NCBI GenBank assembly: GCA_963674705.1
Contig: OY771506.1
Location: 4,032,001-4,096,000 of the forward strand
Origin: Phycisphaeraceae bacterium
GTDB taxonomy: Bacteria; Planctomycetota; Phycisphaerae; Phycisphaerales; Phycisphaeraceae
DNA: 64,000 nucleotides
Direction of reading: 5' to 3'
Shown: piece after piece, positions 50,410 to 59,345 of the stretch
How the letters are laid out: each line of letters opens with the position of its first letter
Numbering within the stretch: the stretch's first letter is position 1
Notes under the pieces: model-generated
What the model was told of the DNA's origin: nothing
What the model saw: the letters and a program-made list of their open reading frames with translations, nothing else
The model's database searches: none
Made by a program: the position numbers and the translations under genes

Positions 50410-51594
50410 TTAGCGTGAACGCCTTGGATTTCGGCCCGAGAGACCGCTTCGACCGGGCCGATTGTCATCACGTGGTGATGGCGGAGATGACGGTGAGTCA
50501 TCGTCGGGCATGGGCTCCTCAGGCGGCTCCTCGCCTTCGGGCGGCCGATTGTGCTCCTCGTTGGCGAATTTACCGAAGATCATCCGGCCGGCGGAGGTCT
50601 GGAGTGTGCTGGTGACGATCAGGTCAACGTCCTGGCCCAGATGTGACCGGCCGTACTCCACCACGACCATAGTCCCGTCATCCAGGTAGCCCACCCCCTG
50701 ATTTGGCCCCTCGCCGCCTTTGACGAGTTTTACGTTCAAGTGCTCGCCTGGCAGCACGACCGGCCTGAGGGATTTGGCCAGATCGTTGAGATTGATCACA
50801 TCTACCCCACGCAAGGTAGCCACTTTGTTCAGGTTATAGTCGTTAGTCATCACCCGGCCACGCGTGAGTTGGGCCAGTGAGATCAGCTTCTGATCGACGA
50901 CGGCTCCCTCGACTTCCCGATCGTCGATGATCACCTCAACGATATGGTTTTCTCGTAGCTTCTGAAGCATCTCCAATCCCCGGCGGCCGCGAGCCCGCTT
51001 GAGCTTGTCGCTTGAGTCAGCGATTGTCTGCAGTTCGTTGAGCACGAACCTCGGGACGATCAGAATCCCCTGAATGACCTGCGTCTGGATGATGTCCAGA
51101 ATACGTCCGTCCACGATCACGGATGTATCCAGCAGGATCGGACGATTGCCACGGGTTTCCTTGGCAAACTCGACGTAGGGGATCACGAAGCGGAAGTCGT
51201 CCTTGGTCTGCAGGACCAGTGAGATGCCGAGGTAGCAGGTGATCAGCCCGATGATCACCTTGACACCTCGCAAGAGGTTCAGGAAGGCTGCCCTGGCCGT
51301 ATCATCCTTCGGTGCAGTCAGCACACCGATCAGGTCAACCACAAACGACAGCGCGTAGGCGGCAAGCAGACCAGCGACCAGACCCAGAAATACCCCTGAG
51401 ACGGCAGAGAGCTTCTTGTGATAGGTCCAGGCATCAACCGCAATAATCGCCGCGGTAATACCCACCGTTAAGCTGAGTAAAATCACAAACATCGGTAAAT
51501 CGATGTTTGCGCCCCATTGATTGGATAGCAGGTAAAGGGAGGTTACGGCCGCAGCCAGGAGGATGAATGCTCCACGCAAGATGTAAAGGATCAT
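50410..51594 (-). CDS. PIN/TRAM-domain membrane protein (YacL-like)
   Basis: N-terminal TMs; LDTSVIVDGRI, RGRRGL, TNDYNL, GYLDDGTMVVVE and QTSAGRMIF motifs. Confidence 0.92.
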   Translation of the reverse strand: MILYILRGAFILLAAAVTSLYLLSNQWGANIDLPMFVILLSLTVGITAAIIAVDAWTYHKKLSAVSGVFLGLVAGLLAAYALSFVVDLIGVLTAPKDDTARAAFLNLLRGVKVIIGLITCYLGISLVLQTKDDFRFVIPYVEFAKETRGNRPILLDTSVIVDGRILDIIQTQVIQGILIVPRFVLNELQTIADSSDKLKRARGRRGLEMLQKLRENHIVEVIIDDREVEGAVVDQKLISLAQLTRGRVMTNDYNLNKVATLRGVDVINLNDLAKSLRPVVLPGEHLNVKLVKGGEGPNQGVGYLDDGTMVVVEYGRSHLGQDVDLIVTSTLQTSAGRMIFGKFANEEHNRPPEGEEPPEEPMPDDDSPSSPPSPRDDNRPGRSGLSGRNPRRSR

Positions 51595-51684
51595 GATGTC
51601 TCGTCCTTATGATATGGTCACCCCGGGGATATATATGTCTTAAGCATACGCGCAAAACCTTTCTGAGCCAAGGGATTTGCCTCT

Positions 51685-51722
51685 TGGTCTGCGGATGGGT
51701 ATTGTCACCCATCCGCAGACCA
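51685..51722. repeat. Perfect 16-bp inverted repeat upstream of the SRP RNA
   Basis: TGGTCTGCGGATGGGT-attgtc-ACCCATCCGCAGACCA. Confidence 0.85.
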
Positions 51723-51745
51723 CCCGGAGACCCCTCCGGCAGTCG

Positions 51746-51870
51746 TCGCGGAGACAGACGGCCGGGCCCGGTGCACGGGCGGGCTCGTGAACCGGGTCAG
51801 GCCTTGATCGGAGCAGCCCTAAGCGATGTCAGCCCGGTGCCGTCGGTGTCCTGGCCGTCTGTCCCCGCGA
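51746..51870 (+). ncRNA. ffs: Signal recognition particle RNA (4.5S-type S domain)
   Basis: Long closing stem (51746-51766 with 51850-51870) enclosing GTGAACCGGGTCAGG...AGCAGCCCTAAGCG, which matches the conserved helix-8 CAGG/AGCA symmetric loop and AAC asymmetric loop. Confidence 0.85.
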
Positions 51871-51940
51871 TGCGTATTGGCTTGTGTTGGAATATCCCTG
51901 CCGGGCGGGTGGGGCGAAATAAGGCAACACTGGTACATTC

Positions 51941-53560
51941 ATGTCTAGCAGCCGTACAAACCGGATGTGGCTCATAATCGAGTCAATGATCGTGCTGGCC
52001 TTGGCGATCGTCGTGTTTTCCCGCATTTCCAATCCTACGCCGTACATCGACGAGTACTACCACGTTCTGGCGGCCCATTCCCTACTAAATGATGGCTCCC
52101 TTTATCTATATGATGGCGGAGAGCCCTATACCCGGGCCAAGGCCTACACCTACGTTGTGGCGGGCTGCTACCGGCTGTTTGGTGAGAGTTGGGATGCGGG
52201 CGGGCTCCCGTCCCTGGCATGCGGGGCGCTGCTTGTCATGTCCGTCTTCGCCTGGCTGTACCGCACGACCGGCCGCCGCATCGCCTGGCTGGCCGCAATG
52301 ATGCTCATCCTGTCGCCGCACTTCCTTTGCTTCTCCTCGATGATCCGCTTCTACATGCCGCACATGCTGTTTGTCTGGCTGGCATGGATCAGCGCCTACG
52401 GCTTCCTGGTAGGGGGGTATAAATGGCCGGGTCGATGCCTGATTTTCCTGGCGGGCGTAATGACTGCATTGATTGCAGCACACCTGCAAACCACGACCGC
52501 CATCGCCGCGTTGGCGGTGGGCGTTTGGGCAGCAAGCGTTTTCATCGGCTACCTGATTAACAAAGGCCCGCAGCAGGCGCGCAAAACGATATTCGTTGTG
52601 ATGCTCGTATTAATCGTCGTGGTCCCGCTATTTGTTGTCGGTCTGAAAATGACGGGGGCGTGGGACCATATGGCCCTGAAAATGAACACATCCCGTCCCT
52701 GGACGGAAGCGACACGCTATCAATTCCAGTACTACCACCGTTTTTTTAAAAACAATTACCCGATGTTATGGGCGTGTTTCCCATTCATTGCTATCGCGGC
52801 CTTGGCTCATCGCCGACGACAAGCGTGGTTCTGCCTGGTGTTATTTGGCGTCCCATTTGTCGCTCATTCGCTGTTGCCATTCAAAGGCGAACGATATCTG
52901 TCCTATGCCTGGACCTGTTTTTTTGTGGTCCTGGCCATTGGCTTGGACGGCCTGCTGGATTGGCTGCATTCCAGAGCACAGGACCTGATCGGGCAGCTCT
53001 ACAGCCAAACCCTGGCTGAAAAAAAGTGGATAAGCGCGGTTATCGTCGGTTTCCTGCTGGGTTCATTGGGCTTCGCGTGGATGGTCACACCAAGTTACGC
53101 CACAGGTCGACAGATGCTCACAGGAGCCTCTTTAGGCCCGCTTCAACACGAAGACTGGACCACAGCTACCCAAATCCTCAAACCCATCGCGGACCAGACG
53201 GGCTTCGTCATCGACTCATCCCCACCGAAAGCAATCTATCACTTTGGCCGGATGGATATGGGGCTCAGCGTCAGCCAGGCCCAGGACCGCCCGGAATTTG
53301 CTATCCACCCGAAACTCAACCGCCCAGTAATCTACAGCGCCGAGGCCATGAAGCAGGTCATGGATGAGCACGCCAAAGGGCTGATCATTATCGAAACCGC
53401 GCATTTTGGCGCCTGGTATTTTGTGCCTCCTGACACAGCGGCTTTCATACAGACCCACACAACGCCGATAGACCTTCCGGCGGACCTTGGAATCAAAGCA
53501 TTTAAATGGGGTACGGACGTCGAACCGTTATCGACTCCGCTGCCCGATCAGATGGAGTGA
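51941..53560 (+). CDS. GT-C-fold glycosyltransferase (ArnT/PMT-like)
   Basis: DE motif after TM1 (YIDEYYH), IRFY, ERYL and many TM helices. Confidence 0.8.
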   Translation: MSSSRTNRMWLIIESMIVLALAIVVFSRISNPTPYIDEYYHVLAAHSLLNDGSLYLYDGGEPYTRAKAYTYVVAGCYRLFGESWDAGGLPSLACGALLVMSVFAWLYRTTGRRIAWLAAMMLILSPHFLCFSSMIRFYMPHMLFVWLAWISAYGFLVGGYKWPGRCLIFLAGVMTALIAAHLQTTTAIAALAVGVWAASVFIGYLINKGPQQARKTIFVVMLVLIVVVPLFVVGLKMTGAWDHMALKMNTSRPWTEATRYQFQYYHRFFKNNYPMLWACFPFIAIAALAHRRRQAWFCLVLFGVPFVAHSLLPFKGERYLSYAWTCFFVVLAIGLDGLLDWLHSRAQDLIGQLYSQTLAEKKWISAVIVGFLLGSLGFAWMVTPSYATGRQMLTGASLGPLQHEDWTTATQILKPIADQTGFVIDSSPPKAIYHFGRMDMGLSVSQAQDRPEFAIHPKLNRPVIYSAEAMKQVMDEHAKGLIIIETAHFGAWYFVPPDTAAFIQTHTTPIDLPADLGIKAFKWGTDVEPLSTPLPDQME

Positions 53561-53562
53561 CT

Positions 53563-54798
53563 ATGGCGGACAGTCTTAACATCTTCGTGTGCTATATCCC
53601 GGGCCTGGATCGTCGGCGTATCGATGCTGAACGGACGCCGCATATCCAACACCTGTTCGATAAATATCCTTCTAGCACGCTCGAAACCATCCCAAGCACG
53701 GAGTTGACTCCTACTCTCCTCACCGGTGTCGGCCCGGACAAGAACGGTATCTGGCAGGTCAGCCTTAAGGAGCAAGTACCTCTATCTCCAATAGGCAAAC
53801 TGGTGGAGATGCTGCCGGACGTGGTGACGACTACCGCCCAGTGTTTCGGCCATCTGATGAACAGCAAGCGCGACCTTGCCGCGGTCCCCTGGCGTCGTCG
53901 CAGGCAGTTCAATCTGCATCGCATGAAGTACACCCGTCGCGAGTCCGATCCAACATGTCTGGACGAGATCGGTGGCTACTCTTCGATCCTTAAAGAGATC
54001 GGCCATAGTGAAGCAGGTTACGTGTTCAGCAAACACTTCAGCGATATGGAAAAGGGATTGAGTATCTTTCCTCGCAAAGGTAAACGCCTGGACTTTGTTG
54101 AATTCTACGGCTTCGACCTTTTCTCTCACTGGAACCTCGATCATCCCGAACAAATTGCTGAAAAACTCCGCTACGTCGACAGCTTTGTCCAACGCTTACA
54201 CAAGCGATGTCAGGATGCCGGTGTTGCCATGGTGCTGTTGGTCGACCACGGACAAGAATTGATCAAGTCCTCGATCAATATTATCAAGCTGCTTAAGCAA
54301 AGCGGTGTGCCGCGAAGTGAATATGTGTACTTCGTCGAAGTCTCCGCCGTCCGGCTCTGGTTCAAGACGGATCGCGCCCGAACCGAACTTACAAAACTGG
54401 TTAATAGCATTGAGAATGTCACGGCCAAGACTTACCAGCAGATGCATGAATACGGCATCTGCTTCGATACGCCGAAGTACGGCGAGCTCTATTGTTTTGC
54501 CAAACACGGTCACACGTTCTTCCCTCACGACTTCTATAATCCGATCGCCAATACGTACCTGGGCATCACCGATCCGTTGCTGCGGCCTCGCCTGTTCAAC
54601 CCGCATCACCGAGGCAATCACGGCCACCTTCCCACACACCCCGCAGAAGAGGGCTATCTGATCCTCTGTGATGACGGATATAAAACCAGTATCAATCGTG
54701 GCCACGTCCGGGATTTTGCGCCGACGATGATGAAACTGGTCGGGAAGCCACCGGCTGAACACATGACCGGTCGTGTGCTGTTTGATCACAATGACTAA
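53563..54798 (+). CDS. Alkaline phosphatase superfamily (NPP-like) protein
   Basis: TLLTG, DLFSH, LVDHG, GNHG and DFAPT motifs. Confidence 0.75.
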   Translation: MADSLNIFVCYIPGLDRRRIDAERTPHIQHLFDKYPSSTLETIPSTELTPTLLTGVGPDKNGIWQVSLKEQVPLSPIGKLVEMLPDVVTTTAQCFGHLMNSKRDLAAVPWRRRRQFNLHRMKYTRRESDPTCLDEIGGYSSILKEIGHSEAGYVFSKHFSDMEKGLSIFPRKGKRLDFVEFYGFDLFSHWNLDHPEQIAEKLRYVDSFVQRLHKRCQDAGVAMVLLVDHGQELIKSSINIIKLLKQSGVPRSEYVYFVEVSAVRLWFKTDRARTELTKLVNSIENVTAKTYQQMHEYGICFDTPKYGELYCFAKHGHTFFPHDFYNPIANTYLGITDPLLRPRLFNPHHRGNHGHLPTHPAEEGYLILCDDGYKTSINRGHVRDFAPTMMKLVGKPPAEHMTGRVLFDHND

Positions 54799-54834
54799 AC
54801 GGTCAGATGTAATTTTGAAGCAATAGCAAATTCA

Positions 54835-55827
54835 ATGACGGAAAACCAAGCCCAGCCACAAACCGCCACAAAGAAGCGCAAGCCTGTATGGGTCAAAGCC
54901 CTGCGTGCATCTATCGGGCTGGCAATCCTTGCGATCCTCTTTTACGTAATTCCCATTGGTGGCGTCATCCAAGCGATGGGCAAGGCGAAGTGGTTACCCG
55001 TACTGGGTGCTGCCTTGATTGTGTTTGTAACGCAATGGCTGACCGCTGATCGATTGCGTCGACTCTGCGCTGCCCACGGGCATGAATGGTCAACCTTCGG
55101 CGTCATGCAGATCAACCTGGCGACACGCTTCTATGGCTTGTTTCTTCCCGGCGGGAACTTCACCGGTATCGCTATCCGTTTTTACAAACTGGCCGGCGAC
55201 CATAAACAATACATCGGAACCGCGGTCGCACTTTTCTACGACAGGGTTGCTGCCACGGTCACTTTATGCGGCGTCGGCGCAGTCTTCTGGCTGATGGAAC
55301 GGCCGAGCGATTCCTGGCAATCGTTGGTCGCCATCCTCGGCGCGATGGTAGTCATGATCCTGGGACTGATGGTTCTGTTTTCAAATTCCCCGGGTCCCTT
55401 CATCGTCTGGATCAGACGCCTGCTCAGCCGCATCGGTGGCGTAAAGATGCATACCCTCAGGCAAGCGGTACGTGAATCACGCTCTCTTACCGCAAGGCAG
55501 ACCACCATCATCTACCTGCTCTCGATCATCCCACACTTTCTTGGAGTCATCGGCTGGTACCTGCTCTGTCAATCCCTGGATATCGATGTGTCGCTGATCA
55601 CGATCGGCTGGATACGTTCAGCGATCATCCTGGCAACGATGATACCGATCAGCGTCTCCGGCCTGGGCTTGCGCGAAGGGGCCTCGGTGCTGCTTTTGAC
55701 AAGTTATGGCGTCAGCCAGGAGACCTCACTGGCGTTTTCGATCCTGGTGTTCTTCATCACCACCGTGCTGATCGGTCTGGCGGGGGGGATAACTGAGGCT
55801 TACCGGTTCCTTGTCGGGCACGATTGA
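54835..55827 (+). CDS. Lysylphosphatidylglycerol-synthase TM / UPF0104 flippase-like protein
   Basis: FLPGG, DR and IPISVSGLGLREG motifs; about 8 TMs. Confidence 0.85.
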   Translation: MTENQAQPQTATKKRKPVWVKALRASIGLAILAILFYVIPIGGVIQAMGKAKWLPVLGAALIVFVTQWLTADRLRRLCAAHGHEWSTFGVMQINLATRFYGLFLPGGNFTGIAIRFYKLAGDHKQYIGTAVALFYDRVAATVTLCGVGAVFWLMERPSDSWQSLVAILGAMVVMILGLMVLFSNSPGPFIVWIRRLLSRIGGVKMHTLRQAVRESRSLTARQTTIIYLLSIIPHFLGVIGWYLLCQSLDIDVSLITIGWIRSAIILATMIPISVSGLGLREGASVLLLTSYGVSQETSLAFSILVFFITTVLIGLAGGITEAYRFLVGHD

Positions 55828-56010
55828 AACGCGGGTTTCGCCTTAAAGATGTAGTATCATCACGGGCATCCAAATCCGTATTGTCGGACAACTTACAGAC
55901 TCGCCAGGCCGCTTGGCGAGCCGGGCAGTCCGGCGTTACAATGGCAAGCCGATCAAGTGATTACCTAGCAATCCGGGCCAGGGCCATATGCCCCGATTAA
56001 GGAGTGACCA

Positions 56011-57270
56011 ATGAGCCGGCATCACAACGAACAGCGACACGTCACACGCAACCACCTTCCCGTCTTCGAAGCGTTGGAGCAGCGCGTCCTCTTATCCGCA
56101 AGCCAGGTAGGTGCCGAACTTACGCTTACTGGAACTTCGGGTAATGACACCATCGTCGTCACAGCCGGCACCAACCCGGGTGAAGTCGTCGTGACCGGTG
56201 TGGACGGCGTAGCTGATGGCACAACCTTCACGGGTGTGGATGAGGTCGAGATCTATGTCTTTAACGGGACCAACAGTATCACAATCGGCAGCGGTATCTT
56301 GGATACAGCTTCTGAATTGATGGGCTTTGATATGGTCGGCGGTGATGGCGTGGACACTTTCACGGGCGGTGACGGCGACGATGGCCTGATCGGAATGGCC
56401 AGCAACGACATCCTTGATGGCGGTGCAGGTGATGATGAAATCGACGGCCAAGGCGGACATGACACACTCATCGGTGGTGACGGTAACGATCGGATCCTTG
56501 GTGATGCCGGTGAAGACAATATCACCGGCGGTGACGGCGACGATGTGATTTACGCCGGCAAGGGCGATGACACCGTTGATGCCGGTGCGGGCGATGACCT
56601 AGTCTATGGCGAGGATGGTAACGATATTATTAACGCGGGTGATGGTAAAGACACCGTAATCGGTGGTCTCGGTAACGACCGGATGGATGGGGGAGACGGA
56701 AACGATCTGATTAAGGGTAACAATGGAGATGACAACATCTCGGGTGGCGCGGGTAACGACAAACTAATGGGCCACTACGGTATCGACCTCATCAGAGGCA
56801 ACTCGGGCAACGACTTGATCATTGGCGGAAAGCTGAACGATAGCCTCCGAGGTAACGGCGGCAGAGATAAGATTTTCGGCGAAGGCGGTAGCGACACCAT
56901 TACAGGCGGACCCGGTGCAGACAAGTTATACGGCTTTAACGCTGGCGGCTCCCGATGGATTGATGAGATTACTGACGGTGGCGACTACATCTTGGGAGGC
57001 AATGGAAACGACACCATTTACGGCCAAAGTGGGGCGGACGTTATCTACGGTCAAAATGGTCGAGACACCATCTTCGGCGGACTTGGTAATGACTTCCTGG
57101 ATGGTGGAATCGGAAACGACATCCTGTGGGGTAACGAAAACAACGACACTATTTACGGTGGCAGCGGCAATGATATTCTTCGTGCTAACGCAGGCTACCA
57201 TGACTTCCTTAACGGCGGGCCCGGTCTCGACACCATTTACGATGGCTTTACCGGCAGCAGACTGGATTGA
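56011..57270 (+). CDS. LEPRxLL-type N-terminus plus RTX Ca-binding repeat protein
   Basis: FEALEQRVLLS followed by many GGxGxDxUx nonapeptides; AAGGAG SD. Confidence 0.9.
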   Translation: MSRHHNEQRHVTRNHLPVFEALEQRVLLSASQVGAELTLTGTSGNDTIVVTAGTNPGEVVVTGVDGVADGTTFTGVDEVEIYVFNGTNSITIGSGILDTASELMGFDMVGGDGVDTFTGGDGDDGLIGMASNDILDGGAGDDEIDGQGGHDTLIGGDGNDRILGDAGEDNITGGDGDDVIYAGKGDDTVDAGAGDDLVYGEDGNDIINAGDGKDTVIGGLGNDRMDGGDGNDLIKGNNGDDNISGGAGNDKLMGHYGIDLIRGNSGNDLIIGGKLNDSLRGNGGRDKIFGEGGSDTITGGPGADKLYGFNAGGSRWIDEITDGGDYILGGNGNDTIYGQSGADVIYGQNGRDTIFGGLGNDFLDGGIGNDILWGNENNDTIYGGSGNDILRANAGYHDFLNGGPGLDTIYDGFTGSRLD

Positions 57271-57672
57271 TACATGATCTGTATCCCGGTCTCGACAGAC
57301 GCCTGAAACACAGTGCTTTCAGCACTACAAGAAAACATTCAAACACCACATGCGCGATAGCCGCTTAAACGTAGCTGTCGCGTGGTGCCATCTGCACGTG
57401 TTTTTGCTCATCACAGTCAGCGATTTGAACTTAGAGAAGACCGGCTGACTGGAGAAGACTCGGTTCGGGTCCGTACTGATAAGGCAGCTTGGGGTAAGCA
57501 CTTTTCATCATGGGCCATATTGACGTTAAATTTCTATCTATCAATAGTTTAACAGCTACATCTTGCCCATTTTAGTACTATCCCAATGACGGGAGAACCC
57601 CGATGTTCGTGGTAGATAACGGCACCGCCGTGTGTGCGGTAGCCATGTCCTGATTGATGTCAGGAGTCTGCC

Positions 57673-59163
57673 ATGAGACCACCACGCCGCCCAATAATGC
57701 TCTTCGACAAACGCCATGAAATCCATCGGCGGGGCGGTGTCATTCCCACTTTCGAATTGCTCGAACAACGACTCTTACTATCCGCTTCGCAGATCGGCTC
57801 AGAGCTGACGATCACCGGCACCAACCATAGTGATGCGATCATTCTGGCTGCGGGTTCTGCGGCAGGTGAATTGACACTCACCGGCGTGGATGGCGTGGCT
57901 GACGGTACGACCTACACCGGTATCGACAGCATTATCATCAATAGCGGTAACGGCAAGGACACCATCAGCATCGGCGCAGGCATCCTGGATACGTCCGGCG
58001 GCGCGATCGGTCTTAGCATCGATGGTGGGAACGGCGAAGATATTATCACCGGCGGCGACGGTGATGACATCATTACCGGCGGTAATGGCGAAGACATCAT
58101 CAGTGGCGGTGGTGGTAATGACACGCTTGATGGCGGCAATGGTAAGGACATCCTCAACGGTGATGATGGCAATGACCTGCTGCTTGGTGGTAACGGCAAG
58201 GACCTGCTGAACGGTGGTGCCGGCAACGACACAATATTCGGCGACAACGGCGAAGATGAGTTGATCGGCGGAACGGGCGATGACACGCTCGACGGCGGTT
58301 ACGGCGGCGACACACTACACGGCAACGATGGCAACGACCACCTCATCGGCAACCTCGATAACGACCTGCTCTATGGCGATACCGGTGACGATCTTCTCGA
58401 GGGTAATCTCGGCGATGATACGCTATATGGCGGTGATGGTGAAGATACGCTTTACGCTGGAGATGGTGACGACAGCCTCTACGGCGGTAACGACAATGAT
58501 CTGATCTTCGGTGATGCAGGCAACGATCTCATCGAGGGCAACCTCGGCGACGACGCGATCTTTGGCGGTATCGGTGAAGATATCCTCTACGGCGGCGAAG
58601 GTAACGATAGCCTGTTCGGAGATGACGGCAACGACCTTATCTTCGGTGACGCGGGCAATGACCTGCTCGAAGGCAACCGTGGTGATGACACGATCTATGG
58701 TGGCGACGGCGACGACTTCATCTACGGCCGTGCTGACCACGATACGCTCTACGGCGATGCGGGTGAGGATTACATCGAAGGCAACGGCGGAGATGACTGG
58801 ATCGACGGCGGCGAGGGCAATGACATAGCAATCGGTAACGCCGGCAACGACACGATTTTCGGTGCTAACAACGACGACACCCTAATAGGCGAGAGTGGTG
58901 ATGATGAAATCTATGGTAATGATGGCGACGATCTGATCATCGGCGGGATCGGCGCTGATTGGCTGTGGGGCAACCGTGGCGACGACCTGCTGTTCGGCGG
59001 GCAGGATGATGACTATCTCTTCGGTGGCGGCGGCAGCGACGAACTGTTCGGCAATACCGGGTCGGACTGGCTTTTCGGAGATAGCGGCGACGACTACCTC
59101 GACGGTGGGCCGGGCGACGACTATCTGGACGGCGGCTGGGGCGATGACATCCTAAACGACTAG
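57673..59163 (+). CDS. LEPRxLL-type N-terminus plus RTX Ca-binding repeat protein (paralog of the upstream gene)
   Basis: FELLEQRLLLS followed by an almost uninterrupted GxxGxDxUx run to the C-terminus. Confidence 0.9.
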   Translation: MRPPRRPIMLFDKRHEIHRRGGVIPTFELLEQRLLLSASQIGSELTITGTNHSDAIILAAGSAAGELTLTGVDGVADGTTYTGIDSIIINSGNGKDTISIGAGILDTSGGAIGLSIDGGNGEDIITGGDGDDIITGGNGEDIISGGGGNDTLDGGNGKDILNGDDGNDLLLGGNGKDLLNGGAGNDTIFGDNGEDELIGGTGDDTLDGGYGGDTLHGNDGNDHLIGNLDNDLLYGDTGDDLLEGNLGDDTLYGGDGEDTLYAGDGDDSLYGGNDNDLIFGDAGNDLIEGNLGDDAIFGGIGEDILYGGEGNDSLFGDDGNDLIFGDAGNDLLEGNRGDDTIYGGDGDDFIYGRADHDTLYGDAGEDYIEGNGGDDWIDGGEGNDIAIGNAGNDTIFGANNDDTLIGESGDDEIYGNDGDDLIIGGIGADWLWGNRGDDLLFGGQDDDYLFGGGGSDELFGNTGSDWLFGDSGDDYLDGGPGDDYLDGGWGDDILND

Positions 59164-59216
59164 CAGGATGCGACATCGGCCAAATTTGACCTGATATCAA
59201 AAGATCCGATTCCTAT

Positions 59217-59248
59217 CCACAGCAGCGGCATCATTCCCGCTGCTGTGG
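59217..59248 (+). terminator. Hairpin after the RTX gene (probable terminator)
   Basis: CCACAGCAGCGG/CCGCTGCTGTGG 12-bp stem followed by TCTTAT. Confidence 0.65.
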
Positions 59249-59345
59249 TCTTATGGATTCAACCGGCTATCATTCGGCAATAAGACGCACCGGCCGGGCC
59301 GATGCGTTCACCCTGAGCGTAAGACCAGACCTTGCCGAGTAGTCC

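Noticed and set aside
58000..59160. Periodic DNA repeats resembling an array
   Set aside because: Fully explained by coding RTX nonapeptides; there is no repeat-spacer (CRISPR) structure.
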